DNA of 64,000 bases from Candidatus Wirthbacteria bacterium (GCA_903889905.1 CAISZI010000028.1:4156-68155); one strand, 5' to 3'; counted from the stretch's first letter, positions 9,650-19,295 are shown. Numbers and translations: made by a program. Notes: a model not told the origin generated them from the letters alone.

Positions 9650-12600
9650 TCCAATTACACCAACCCAAAACCTGGCTGATCGTCCTGCTCCTCACACTCA
9701 CTTGTGTCGGGTTGGTCGGACAGGCACCAACGGCCGCAGCGGAACAGCTGAGTAGTATTCCCTATTGGTCCGACGCCACCAAGGAATCCGCTCTGCTCAC
9801 ACAAGCAAATAATCAGATTTATGGCAATCCACAGACCGATGCCAGTACCTACATCAAGGGTGCAACAGCCCTTGACAATGACGCCTCACAACTGGCCTCA
9901 ACCATTGAAAATGACGTTATCAGCGTCATCAAAGACACCAAACTGAAGCAACCAGCACAAGTGGCAGCCATCAAAGATATTGTCTACAAAATCTATCGTC
10001 CGGCCAATGCCTTTGTGAATGCATCCCCCAGCAACGGCGCCGACACCAAGGCTTATGTCGCTCAATTTGGCATTGTCAATTTTTTACGCATGTATTTGGG
10101 CCAGTGCACTGGCAGCCTGGGCAGTGACCCTTACTGTTCCAACCAAAGCTGGTATAGTGCTCCCAATGGCGACAATGCCTACAACTATACTGGGCCCAAT
10201 CAAAACGAAGTCCGCACTGCCACAGCCTATTATTTGCAGCAGGCAGCCGTCAAACAACCCTTTTACGATCGATTGAGCATCAACAACGATGGGACGCTCA
10301 CCGAAACGACTGGGATTGTCACCGAAATCAACCAGTTCCTCAAAAATTTGGATGACGCAACCTTGCAATCCAAAATGCTGACCCTGAAGACTTCTATGCT
10401 CGACCCGACTGACCCGACTAAAACTATTAACGTCCCCGAATATTCATTGGCTTCCAGCCAGCTTTACATGATTGTCTCCAAAAACCAAAGCCTGATCACC
10501 AACAAAGACTACACATTTTTCTGGACTTCTGATTATTTCCCCGGTGCGCCGGCTGCCAGCCTGACCACGCTGACTGACCTGACTGCTGATTTTCAATTGG
10601 TGGCCTACGTCCGCGCCAAGACCATTTATGAAAAAAATCGTTCCCAAAAACAGGCCCAATATAGCCTTGCTACCCAACTCACCAAGGAAGTCAGTGATGT
10701 TTACGGCACGCTCACGGCGTCACCCTATGATATGTCTACTGTCGTAAGCACTTTGAGCACCAAATTTGCAACAGTCAAAACATTAGGAAGTACCTGTAGT
10801 GCAGCGGAACAGGGGTACATTGGATGTACAAATAGCAACATTGAACCCATGAACATGGCGGACAATGCCAGTCAAGAAACTGTTATCCAAAACGCAATCG
10901 AAGCTGCCACGCAGGCGGTAGAGAATTACACCAAAACCTACCAAGGCAGCCCCAATCTGGGAGATCCCAATACGATTGCTGATATGGGCAAAGCTCGAGC
11001 CAGTATCTTGGCAGCACGTGATTCCATTTTGCGTTATTTGTCTGAAATGACCGACACCGCCAACCAACGCATCAATGAAGCTACGCTCAACATCGACCAG
11101 CTCGCCAATATCATTGGCAACCAGCTCTCGTCGCTCACCTCTGTCAATTCGCTCTGGACAGAGCTGCGCAAAGCCCTGATGAACCTGATCACCTGGTTAT
11201 TCAGCATTTTTGGCAAAATACTTAACTTTGGTATGACCTCGATCAACAACGAAGCGAGTTTGAATGCCATCTTCACGCTCACCGTCGGACTGGCCAACAT
11301 GATGTTTGTGCTCCTGGTGGCGCTTGCGGGACTCGCGATTGCGCTGGAGTGGAATGTGCAGACATACAGCATCCGCAACATTATCTGGCGCTTTATTGTG
11401 AGCGTCATCGCGGCTAATGCCAGTTTCCTGATTTCCCGCATTTTTGTCGACTTTTCCCTGATTTTTTCCAATGTTTTCCTCAGCATGGCATCCACTCTGA
11501 CCAGCAATACGACGGAATTGTTTATTCGCATGGGCACGGTTAACGGCACCTCCACGCTCGGACTTTCCAGTGCTGCCTTAAGTCATTTATTCGGTTCGCT
11601 GCTTACTTCCAATACCGCCGCGGTGGCCAATAATGTTTTTCAGAATGACATTTCCGCCGTGCTGGTCCTGGTCGTGATTATGCTGATTGTCGCGGCGGTT
11701 GACATCATGTTGATCGTGCGTACGGCAGCGATGTGGTTACTGATCATCGGTTCGCCCTTTATCCTGGCGCTCAATGTTCTGCCCAACACCCGCAGCATTT
11801 TGTCCAAATTCGCCAAAATTTTTGCCCAGCTGCTGGTGATCGCACCGATTGTAGCCATGATCTTCCTGATTGGTATTTCTCTGGCACAGTTGAGCGATGA
11901 TTTGCTCAAAATCCTGATTGGAATCGCCACCTTTACACTGATGTTGCTCTCGCCGTCGTTCCTGTCTTTTTTCAGCAACATTGTCAAAATCAACAAACGT
12001 TCGGATGCCCGCACGGCCATTGCCACCGCCTACAACAACAACTCCGCGCCGACATCTCCGCCCGGGAGCAGCGCCAAACCGAATTCCCCCACAGGGCCTG
12101 CTGGAACCAGTATCAAAAATACGTTTAATACCAATATCAAAAATTTCATCAACCGTCCCAAAAATGAAACCATGCCCGCAGGTCTGGGTGAACTGCCTCC
12201 GCAATCCATCCTGACTGCGGTCAAAAGCGGTGTGCTGAATAAACTGCCGCCCGAGGAACTGGACAAAGCTTTTAGCAAAATGAGCAAAGCCCAACGCGAA
12301 GCGCTGCTCTCGACCTTCAATGCCAAAGACCGAAATAGCGACCCGCTGTGGACCGAAGACCAGCAGGAACTGATCGGGAAACAGGTGAGCAAAAGCGATA
12401 TCAATGGCGCAGTACGCTCGAGTGAGTTGATTTCCAAAGCCTCGGTGGCCAAAGATTTCAATATCAACAAATTTGTCAAAACCGCAACGCCCTCAACGGG
12501 AGGAACCGAGCCCCTTGCCGATGAAATCAGCAACCAACTGGCGCAGGAACAAAACGATCAGCTCCAAAACAACTTACAGCATAAACTGGAAAGCAATAAA

Positions 12601-15387
12601 CTCTCTCCCCAGCTACTGCAGACGCTGTTCAGTCACGCACGCGGTGTTCCCTTTTTGGGTGGCCTGCTCAAATCCGGTACCGGCAGACCCCTGGGTGAAG
12701 CACTGGTCGGCAGCTACTATCAGAGCAATCCCCGCGAGATCACAGCGCTGGCCGGTGACATCAATGCTTCCGACTCTGTCCGTTCCGACGCCGCCAAAAC
12801 TGTGCTCAAAGTCGGTGTCGAAGCTTTGGGACAGGCACTCATGCAAAATCCCGATGATCCACAGCTCCGCGCCGCGGCCAAAGACCTGGTGACGATCATG
12901 CCCGAACAAATTGCCTCACTCTTAAGTGGCAATGACGACAAACAGTCACTGCGGGAATCCTTTGTCAATCAAGGCTTGTATCGCCAAGCTCCCTCGACCA
13001 CTGCCCCGGTCATGAGTTTTGATACAGCTCAGCCGCTCGGCACCTTCTCGACTCAACCGCTGCCGGCCAACGGCAACGGCCAGATTGACCAGAGCACCGC
13101 GAATGACATGAGTGGCTTGTACCGTCCCATACCCCCGGCCCATGTCCCGGTCATGAATTTTGATGGGGCGCAGCCGCTCGGTCCAGCCTCGGCTCAACAA
13201 CTGCAAGCCAAAATCAGTGGCCAGATCGACCAGATCACAGCGGGTGACGTGAGTGGACTGCTGGATAAAATGAACGAAATACCTACGCTTTACCGGAATT
13301 CACTGGGCAACCTCGTTGATCAATACAATCAGCAACTGGGTCATTTCGGTAACCAGGGCACACTAAGCCAATCCGCCGCCCAAACCATTAATCAAAATCG
13401 CGACCGTATCGCCCAGCTCGGCTTTAATTTAAAACAAACCGCCAATCAGGACATGGCTGCCGCGGGTGAATTAACGCGCATGAGTGGCCCCGAACTGCAG
13501 CAAGCCAGCGCCGATCTGCTGTCGGTTGGACTCCCGGCGATGATCGCCTCCAACCCTCAAGCCGTGAACGCTACTCTGATGGACCGTACGCTCCAGGGCT
13601 TGTCCCAAAACCCCGAAGTTTTCAAACCACTTATCTACTCCATGCTGTCGCCGCAGTCCGATATCCCGCCCGCCGTGTATGCCAATGGCTTGCAGGAACT
13701 GTTGCAGACCCATCCCGAAATGGTCATGCCCGAACATGTGGGTCACGCCATCAGCAATCTCAGCACCAATCCCGAAGCCTATTCACCTGTGGTCGGCGCC
13801 ATGGCCGAAATGTTTAATCAAAACAAAGACAAGATTGGTCAGACTGGACAACTTTCCATTCCTGCTGCCGCCGAACTGGCAGTCCACGCCGACGAACTTG
13901 CCACCCACAACGCCCCCTTGATCCTGAACGCCTTGCCCAATCCGACGCCGGAACTCAGTGCTGCCATTGCCAGCAAAGCTGCCAGTCAAGGGATCATGGG
14001 ATTACCCGATGGATTGATCCATGACGGTCTGGATTTCACACTCCAGAACCAATCCCTGGAATTCACCCCCGAGCAGTTTGCCCTGGTGGAAAATCGCGCC
14101 AGAGAAAATCCGGCAGAATACATGCCGCTTTTAAATCAAGTTGTTGAACATTTCAATGACTCCAATCTGGATGGCGCTGACCTTAAGCTCAACATGCCTG
14201 CCATGATGACCGTTGCCAGCCAGGAAAATTCACTGCGCGATCTTGGCTTTGAAATCAGCAGCCAGATCAGCGGACAACTCAAAAACCTGGCCTCCTCCCA
14301 AAACCTCGACCTCGGCAGCCTCGACAACATTGAAAAAGCGATTCGTGAAATTCCCAAAAACATGTCCCTGCCCAACCCCGGCGAAAACACCACAGAGAAT
14401 GCGGCCAAAAACACCAAATACGACGAACTTCCGGGCCTGGTGCACAAAACCGCCGCCGACCAGGACGAACTGGCGCGCGACAAAGTGGATATTGCCTCCA
14501 GCCTGGGCAAAAAGAACAGCCATTCTGACAATCTGGGCACGCTCGAGGATTATGCCCTCAATGTCCAAAGTGCGCTGATTGCCGGCGAAATGAGTCCGGA
14601 TTCGGCTTCGCCTGTCGACAAAAATGCCGAAATCGACGCGGTCAGTTTGCACGACCTGGCCAAATCGCTTGACCCCGGTACCGCAAGCTCGCTAATTCCC
14701 GAAAGCACGCAGTTTGTCCTGCCAGAGACAACTACCGGTGGCACTTTTGAAAGCCCAGCCGAACTCAGCGGCCAACCCGATCTGATGGCTGCAGTATCCA
14801 ACAATGAAGCGAACAACAAATCCAATGACTGGCCCCAGAAACCTTTTGCCTCTGATGCCATCCGCCCGGATGCGCCACTTGCGGACGACAAGGCCTCGAT
14901 CCAAAGCGGCATGAACGATCTCAACAAATTCCTCAGCAGCAAACCCCAGGCTATGCCCATTCCGACGGGTAACGCGGCAGCGCCCGCTGCAGCCGCCACC
15001 GATATGATGATCGATTATCAAGCCATCAAGGATTCCACGCTACCCAATGTACCTTTTCCTGAAACGATCGTCTCTGCCATCAGCGTAACGCCGGAATTGG
15101 AAAAAATCCTCAACCATAACCGCCTTGATGCTACCATTCCACCCAACACGTCGATCAAAATTGCGGAACCGCTGCAGGTTAAATCAGAATTATCAGCTGG
15201 CTCTGTCCAAAACCCGGCCAAACCGCTCAACCCATCCATTTTGCCTAATCAGAACAAGCTCAGCGACAATCTGCAGGATTTTGCCGCCAATGTCCAAAAC
15301 GCTGTCGGCCCGTCACCGGATGAAATTTTCCTCAACCCTGTCCCGGATGCCATCGCCGCTTTATCGCTCAAAGACCAAAAGGATTAA
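9646..15387 (+). CDS. Giant membrane protein (1913 aa) with a signal peptide, a ~480-aa extracytoplasmic N-domain, a ~7-TM bundle and a ~1150-aa Q/N/P/A/L-rich low-complexity C-terminal tail. It is a VirB6/TrbL-like candidate (an extended VirB6, as seen in Rickettsiales).
   Basis: The signal peptide MIQLHQPKTWLIVLLLTLTCVGLVGQAPTAAA begins at the ATG at 9646, which overlaps the pilin stop. The ORF-track start at 9592 is a GTG inside the pilin gene and is unlikely. TM helices span aa ~520-790 and include the motifs MLIVRTAAMWLLIIGSPF and LIGIATFTLMLLSPSFLSFFSNIV. These are clearly conserved in the paralog at 48791-52507. The assignment to the VirB6 family rests on architecture plus adjacency to the pilin-like gene and has not been verified by HMM. 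Confidence 0.5.
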   Translation: MIQLHQPKTWLIVLLLTLTCVGLVGQAPTAAAEQLSSIPYWSDATKESALLTQANNQIYGNPQTDASTYIKGATALDNDASQLASTIENDVISVIKDTKLKQPAQVAAIKDIVYKIYRPANAFVNASPSNGADTKAYVAQFGIVNFLRMYLGQCTGSLGSDPYCSNQSWYSAPNGDNAYNYTGPNQNEVRTATAYYLQQAAVKQPFYDRLSINNDGTLTETTGIVTEINQFLKNLDDATLQSKMLTLKTSMLDPTDPTKTINVPEYSLASSQLYMIVSKNQSLITNKDYTFFWTSDYFPGAPAASLTTLTDLTADFQLVAYVRAKTIYEKNRSQKQAQYSLATQLTKEVSDVYGTLTASPYDMSTVVSTLSTKFATVKTLGSTCSAAEQGYIGCTNSNIEPMNMADNASQETVIQNAIEAATQAVENYTKTYQGSPNLGDPNTIADMGKARASILAARDSILRYLSEMTDTANQRINEATLNIDQLANIIGNQLSSLTSVNSLWTELRKALMNLITWLFSIFGKILNFGMTSINNEASLNAIFTLTVGLANMMFVLLVALAGLAIALEWNVQTYSIRNIIWRFIVSVIAANASFLISRIFVDFSLIFSNVFLSMASTLTSNTTELFIRMGTVNGTSTLGLSSAALSHLFGSLLTSNTAAVANNVFQNDISAVLVLVVIMLIVAAVDIMLIVRTAAMWLLIIGSPFILALNVLPNTRSILSKFAKIFAQLLVIAPIVAMIFLIGISLAQLSDDLLKILIGIATFTLMLLSPSFLSFFSNIVKINKRSDARTAIATAYNNNSAPTSPPGSSAKPNSPTGPAGTSIKNTFNTNIKNFINRPKNETMPAGLGELPPQSILTAVKSGVLNKLPPEELDKAFSKMSKAQREALLSTFNAKDRNSDPLWTEDQQELIGKQVSKSDINGAVRSSELISKASVAKDFNINKFVKTATPSTGGTEPLADEISNQLAQEQNDQLQNNLQHKLESNKLSPQLLQTLFSHARGVPFLGGLLKSGTGRPLGEALVGSYYQSNPREITALAGDINASDSVRSDAAKTVLKVGVEALGQALMQNPDDPQLRAAAKDLVTIMPEQIASLLSGNDDKQSLRESFVNQGLYRQAPSTTAPVMSFDTAQPLGTFSTQPLPANGNGQIDQSTANDMSGLYRPIPPAHVPVMNFDGAQPLGPASAQQLQAKISGQIDQITAGDVSGLLDKMNEIPTLYRNSLGNLVDQYNQQLGHFGNQGTLSQSAAQTINQNRDRIAQLGFNLKQTANQDMAAAGELTRMSGPELQQASADLLSVGLPAMIASNPQAVNATLMDRTLQGLSQNPEVFKPLIYSMLSPQSDIPPAVYANGLQELLQTHPEMVMPEHVGHAISNLSTNPEAYSPVVGAMAEMFNQNKDKIGQTGQLSIPAAAELAVHADELATHNAPLILNALPNPTPELSAAIASKAASQGIMGLPDGLIHDGLDFTLQNQSLEFTPEQFALVENRARENPAEYMPLLNQVVEHFNDSNLDGADLKLNMPAMMTVASQENSLRDLGFEISSQISGQLKNLASSQNLDLGSLDNIEKAIREIPKNMSLPNPGENTTENAAKNTKYDELPGLVHKTAADQDELARDKVDIASSLGKKNSHSDNLGTLEDYALNVQSALIAGEMSPDSASPVDKNAEIDAVSLHDLAKSLDPGTASSLIPESTQFVLPETTTGGTFESPAELSGQPDLMAAVSNNEANNKSNDWPQKPFASDAIRPDAPLADDKASIQSGMNDLNKFLSSKPQAMPIPTGNAAAPAAAATDMMIDYQAIKDSTLPNVPFPETIVSAISVTPELEKILNHNRLDATIPPNTSIKIAEPLQVKSELSAGSVQNPAKPLNPSILPNQNKLSDNLQDFAANVQNAVGPSPDEIFLNPVPDAIAALSLKDQKD
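13006..13262 (+). repeat. Intragenic tandem repeat with two ~141-bp units, encoding PVM(S/N)FD(T/G)AQPLG...GQIDQ...SGL twice
   Basis: ccggtcatgagttttgat... at 13006 is repeated as ccggtcatgaattttgat... at 13147. The encoded peptide PVMSFDTAQPLGTFSTQPLPANGNGQIDQSTANDMSGL aligns with PVMNFDGAQPLGPASAQQLQAKISGQIDQITAGDVSGL. Confidence 0.7.
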
Positions 15388-16118
15388 CTCTCAGGCTGAA
15401 GCCAAAAAAGATACTCGTGATTGCCTTTATCCCCGACGAGCGGCGACTCGACAAAACCTTTTTCCAGCAAATGATTGGATTTGCACCACTGTCTGAAATC
15501 CTCCAGCAACCCGGCATGGATGGCCAGGTCCTTGATCACACCCTTGCAGCGTGCCACGATGTTGTCACTCGCCTCAAACTGTGGCTTGAACAAAACCACC
15601 AGATCACCCCCGGCAGCAAGCCATTTGGTTACATGCGGCAAAATTGATCGCAATGAGACAAAGGAAACATCCACAACAATTAAAGCCACCTGTTCCTCCA
15701 GCTTTTCAATTTGGCGGGCATCGTGCCGTTCCAGATTGATCACGCGCTCATCCTGCCTAAGTTTCGCATCCAGTTGCCCATAGCCCACGTCAATCGCATA
15801 AACCTTACGCGCCCCACGCCGCAGTACGGCATCGGTAAAACCACCGGTGGATGCGCCCACGTCTGCCACGACCAAATCACGGACGTCGAGCTGAAACAGC
15901 TGCAACGCATGGTCCAGTTTGTGGCCACCGCGCCCGACAAAACGAAGTGGCGCAGCTTCCACGATAATTGTCATTGGCTCACTCACCAATTGTCCGGGAC
16001 GCAATTCTTTTAGCCCATTCACCTTGACCAGACCCGATGTGATCGTTCGCTGGGCTTGATTGCGACTTTCGCTCAAGTGACGGGCGACCAGGGCATCGTC
16101 CAGACGCATTTTCTTCAT
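15384..16118 (-). CDS. tlyA: TlyA-family rRNA 2'-O-methyltransferase (hemolysin A-like; S4 domain plus FtsJ fold)
   Basis: The S4-like N-terminus reads MKKMRLDDALVARHLSESRNQAQRTITSGLVKVNG, and the methyltransferase motif is VVADVGASTGGFTDAVLRRGARKVYAIDVG. The stop overlaps the stop of the convergent 9646-15387 gene by 4 nt. Confidence 0.85.
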   Translation of the reverse strand: MKKMRLDDALVARHLSESRNQAQRTITSGLVKVNGLKELRPGQLVSEPMTIIVEAAPLRFVGRGGHKLDHALQLFQLDVRDLVVADVGASTGGFTDAVLRRGARKVYAIDVGYGQLDAKLRQDERVINLERHDARQIEKLEEQVALIVVDVSFVSLRSILPHVTKWLAAGGDLVVLFKPQFEASDNIVARCKGVIKDLAIHAGLLEDFRQWCKSNHLLEKGFVESPLVGDKGNHEYLFWLQPES

Positions 16119-16122
16119 GGTA

Positions 16123-16623
16123 TTAACCGACGAAATAATTGACAGAGAGTCCCAGCAATAGTCCCAGAACCGCACCCGCGATCACCTGCGGAAATGTGTG
16201 TCCAATACGCTGTTCGAGCATGACTTTATGTTCACGATGGTCAATATCGGCTTCAATATCGAGTAAATAATTCAACGCTTCAGCCTGTTCACCTGCCGCC
16301 CTCCGTACACCCCGAGCGTCATACATGACAATGATGGCAAAGGTCAGGGCAATCGCGAATAAATAGCTGTTAAACCCCGTACGCAGCCCGATCACCGTGG
16401 CCAGCGAACTAACGGAAGACGCATGCGTACTTGGCATGCCGCTCGCCGACCACACCAGTGACCAATCCCAGCGGCGGCGTCGCAGGTAAAAATACCCAAC
16501 CTTGATAAACTGCCCCACCACAAAGCTCAATAAAACGGCGAGCAGTGCTGGTGACGAAGTAATTTCCTGGCCAAAGTCCACGAGCGATTTCTGACTGAAT
16601 ATCTGCACCAACGTATGTAGCAT
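16123..16623 (-). CDS. Divergent PAP2 (DUF212, YuiD-like) membrane protein
   Basis: The motif SGMPSTHASSVSSLATVIG matches the GMPSSHSA signature of the divergent PAP2 family. There are several TM helices. The ATG at 16623 is preferred over the TTG at 16656. Confidence 0.6.
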   Translation of the reverse strand: MLHTLVQIFSQKSLVDFGQEITSSPALLAVLLSFVVGQFIKVGYFYLRRRRWDWSLVWSASGMPSTHASSVSSLATVIGLRTGFNSYLFAIALTFAIIVMYDARGVRRAAGEQAEALNYLLDIEADIDHREHKVMLEQRIGHTFPQVIAGAVLGLLLGLSVNYFVG

Positions 16624-16725
16624 TTTATGACCAACCCTCAAAAACAAGCCAGCCAAATACTATGGGATTTGTACTAAAAAAGCAAAGCAGGGGCAGATTG
16701 CAATACGCACTCCCCCGACCTGAAC

Positions 16726-17793
16726 CTACTGTTTAAATTCCGCCTTCGTCAACGTCTCTACTCCCTTTTCCGTCATCAACACCGTATCCTCGAGTCGTAT
16801 TCCAAACTCTCCCGGCAAATACACCGCTGGTTCCAACGTAAATACCATGCCCGGCAACAGTGGTTGTGCGGTGGGCATCAGCTGGTTCAGCGTTGGCGAT
16901 TCATGCACATGCGGATCCAACCCCACACCATGGCCTAAACCATGCGTAAAGGGTGGCAGACTATTTGCGGCGATTAAGTCTTTGGCCAGTTTGTCCAGCG
17001 TCCTGCCATCCACGCCCGGCTGACAAGCCGCACGCGCTGCTTGCAGTGATGCTTTGACACAATCATAAACCTGTGCCCATCTGGGCTGTGGCTCACCGAC
17101 AAACACCACACGGCTCAAGTCCGAACCATACCCCCCAATGCGGACGCCAATATCAAACTGCACGATGTCATTGACCTCAAGCCGACTCTCGCCGGGTTGA
17201 TGATGCGGGTTGGCTGAATTGGTGCCAAAGGCCACGATCGGTTCAAACGACAATTCGTGTCCGGCACCAAGGATAGATTGCTTAAGCATAATCGCCACCT
17301 GCTTTTCGCTCATGCCGGGCTTAAGCTGGGCAACAGCCAAGCGCAGTTGCTCGTCGGTCGCCCTGGAAGCCTGCCGCAGACATTCAATCTCATCGCTGTC
17401 CTTGACCAAACGTTGCTTCTCAATAACTCCCACAGCTGATGCTAATTCTGCTGACAGTGCTGTTGCCATGCGGTCGCGCAGGTGCACCGTGATGTGATCT
17501 GCTTCAAATAAAATCGTCTGCAACTGCCGCTCCGACACAATTGTTCCAAGTGTTTTGAGTAGCGGCCCAAGAAGTACTTCCAGGCCAAGTCGGGCTCCGA
17601 CCTGCTGCAGTTCATTTTCATAAAGTGGACTGCCCAGGATGAACGTCTTGTCAGTTGCCAGCAGTAAGACCACGTCAAAATCACTGTGGCCGCTTGCACC
17701 AATCAGATAAAAGACATTTTCCCGCCGCGTCACGAGCAATGACTGCCCTGCAAGTTGAGCCGTAACCTGATGGATACGCTGCAAATAGTTCAT
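16726..17793 (-). CDS. M24-family Xaa-Pro aminopeptidase / metallopeptidase
   Basis: Motifs HGLGHGVGLDPHVHESP and FTLEPAVYLPGEFGIRLEDTVLMTEKG. The start is MNYLQRIHQ at 17793. Confidence 0.85.
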   Translation of the reverse strand: MNYLQRIHQVTAQLAGQSLLVTRRENVFYLIGASGHSDFDVVLLLATDKTFILGSPLYENELQQVGARLGLEVLLGPLLKTLGTIVSERQLQTILFEADHITVHLRDRMATALSAELASAVGVIEKQRLVKDSDEIECLRQASRATDEQLRLAVAQLKPGMSEKQVAIMLKQSILGAGHELSFEPIVAFGTNSANPHHQPGESRLEVNDIVQFDIGVRIGGYGSDLSRVVFVGEPQPRWAQVYDCVKASLQAARAACQPGVDGRTLDKLAKDLIAANSLPPFTHGLGHGVGLDPHVHESPTLNQLMPTAQPLLPGMVFTLEPAVYLPGEFGIRLEDTVLMTEKGVETLTKAEFKQ

Positions 17794-17894
17794 GCGTAGT
17801 TCTCCACAAATCGATAGATACCAGTAGAGACGCAACCTGTTGCGTCTCTATCCTGCTGGCCCAAAAAATTGTTGCCGCTTGCGACCAACGAATC

Positions 17895-18173
17895 CTAGTA
17901 TTCCACCTTGACGGTGTAGGGCATGAGCGCCATGTAACGGGCACGTTTGATGGCATTGGCCACCGCGCGCTGGTGTTTGGCACACAGACCGGTTTTCTTG
18001 CGTCCGACAATTTTACCTACGTCCGTGGTGTATTTCTTGAGCGTGGACACGTCTTTGTAATCAATCTCGACGTCTTTGTCCTCGCAGAATTTGCAACAAC
18101 GTTTTTTGAACGTAAAGGTAGGACGGATCATGCCGGCGGAAGCACTTTTTCTGGCATCGTTCTCAGGTAACAT
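17895..18173 (-). CDS. rpsR: 30S ribosomal protein S18
   Basis: The sequence [60 protein letters not shown] is recognisable. An AGGAG Shine-Dalgarno lies 12 nt upstream of the ATG at 18173. Confidence 0.9.
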   Translation of the reverse strand: MLPENDARKSASAGMIRPTFTFKKRCCKFCEDKDVEIDYKDVSTLKKYTTDVGKIVGRKKTGLCAKHQRAVANAIKRARYMALMPYTVKVEY

Positions 18174-18211
18174 AAACTTATTTACTCCTATGGATTAAAA
18201 CGTCGGATGGA

Positions 18212-19162
18212 TTAGAAAGGAATTTCGTCATCGTTCTTGGACGAAGTGGAATTGGCATCGGTTTGGGATGAAGCATCGGTGTTCACTTTGCTGCCTGAGA
18301 AGGCGGCATCATGGGCAAGCAGTTCATCCACCGAACCGTAGACGACATTGCTGCTGGCCTGGGTTGGCGCGGGGGCAATGTTTTCCATGGCTGCAGCCGA
18401 GGATAATGGCGCAGCGGTTGGCACAGAAGGAGACTGCGACTGCATTTCATCGCGCACTGTGGAACCAATGATGTAGGCACCAACGGTTTCGGTCTTGTGG
18501 CGTTTGACACCATCTTCACCCTGCCAGGAACGGTTTTGGAGGCGGCCTTCGACAAACACTTTCTGGCTTTTCTTGATATCTTTGGAACTGGATTCGGCCA
18601 AGCCGTTCCAACAAACGATATTGTGAAATTCCGTCGATTCCTGGCGCTGGCCTTCGGAATTGGTCCAGACGCGATTGGTGGCAACGACAAAGGTTGTCAC
18701 GGCGGTACCGCTGGGCAAAAAGCGCAGTTCAGGTTCGCGCGCGACATTACCAATGATCTGGACACGGTTGAGGCATTCGGTGGAGGGCAACTTGATCTCG
18801 CCTTCGGTTGGCACACTGGGAGCGGATCCGGCGCGACCGCCCATCAACACCATGTCATCGGCCACGAGTTCGGTGCGGTAATGTTTGATACCTTCCTGGT
18901 CTTCCCAGCTGCGCGTCTGCAAACGGCCTTCGACAAACACTTTGCTGCCAGCCACGAGGAGTTGATTGCAAATCTCGGCTAACTTGCTCCAGGTGACAAC
19001 GTTGGTATATTCGGGTGATTCCTGCGCACTGTTTGCATCATCGGTCCAGCCACGGTAGGTCAGCACGGTAAAAGTGGTCACCGCTGTGCCACTGGGCATA
19101 TAACGCATTTCGGGATTACGAGGCAGCACACCAATCAGTTGAACACGGTTTAAAGCTTGCAT
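18212..19162 (-). CDS. ssb: Single-stranded DNA-binding protein with two tandem OB folds and an acidic DDEIPF C-terminal tip
   Basis: OB fold 1 is LNRVQLIGVLPRNPEMRYMPSGTAVTTFTV...KVFVEGRLQTRSWEDQEG. OB fold 2 is LNRVQIIGNVAREPELRFLPSGTAVTTFVV...KVFVEGRLQNRSWQGEDG. The C-terminus DDEIPF resembles the E. coli DDDIPF tail. The gene sits in the classic position between rpsF and rpsR. Confidence 0.85.
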   Translation of the reverse strand: MQALNRVQLIGVLPRNPEMRYMPSGTAVTTFTVLTYRGWTDDANSAQESPEYTNVVTWSKLAEICNQLLVAGSKVFVEGRLQTRSWEDQEGIKHYRTELVADDMVLMGGRAGSAPSVPTEGEIKLPSTECLNRVQIIGNVAREPELRFLPSGTAVTTFVVATNRVWTNSEGQRQESTEFHNIVCWNGLAESSSKDIKKSQKVFVEGRLQNRSWQGEDGVKRHKTETVGAYIIGSTVRDEMQSQSPSVPTAAPLSSAAAMENIAPAPTQASSNVVYGSVDELLAHDAAFSGSKVNTDASSQTDANSTSSKNDDEIPF

Positions 19163-19295
19163 TGTGGTTTACACCTAAACTACTGGATTAAACAACGAAA
19201 GGACACTCACAATCTTGGTATTACTTCACTTCCTCCTTGGTTAACTGGACAATGTCCGACCCCAAACAAATGGAGCGAATGACCAGTAATTGGAA

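Noticed and set aside
19215-19235. AAGGAGG on the minus strand in the ssb-rpsF spacer as a ribosome-binding site for a small ORF
   Set aside because: It is about 60 nt from the ssb ATG, and the only following ORF is 2 codons long. Probably a chance match.
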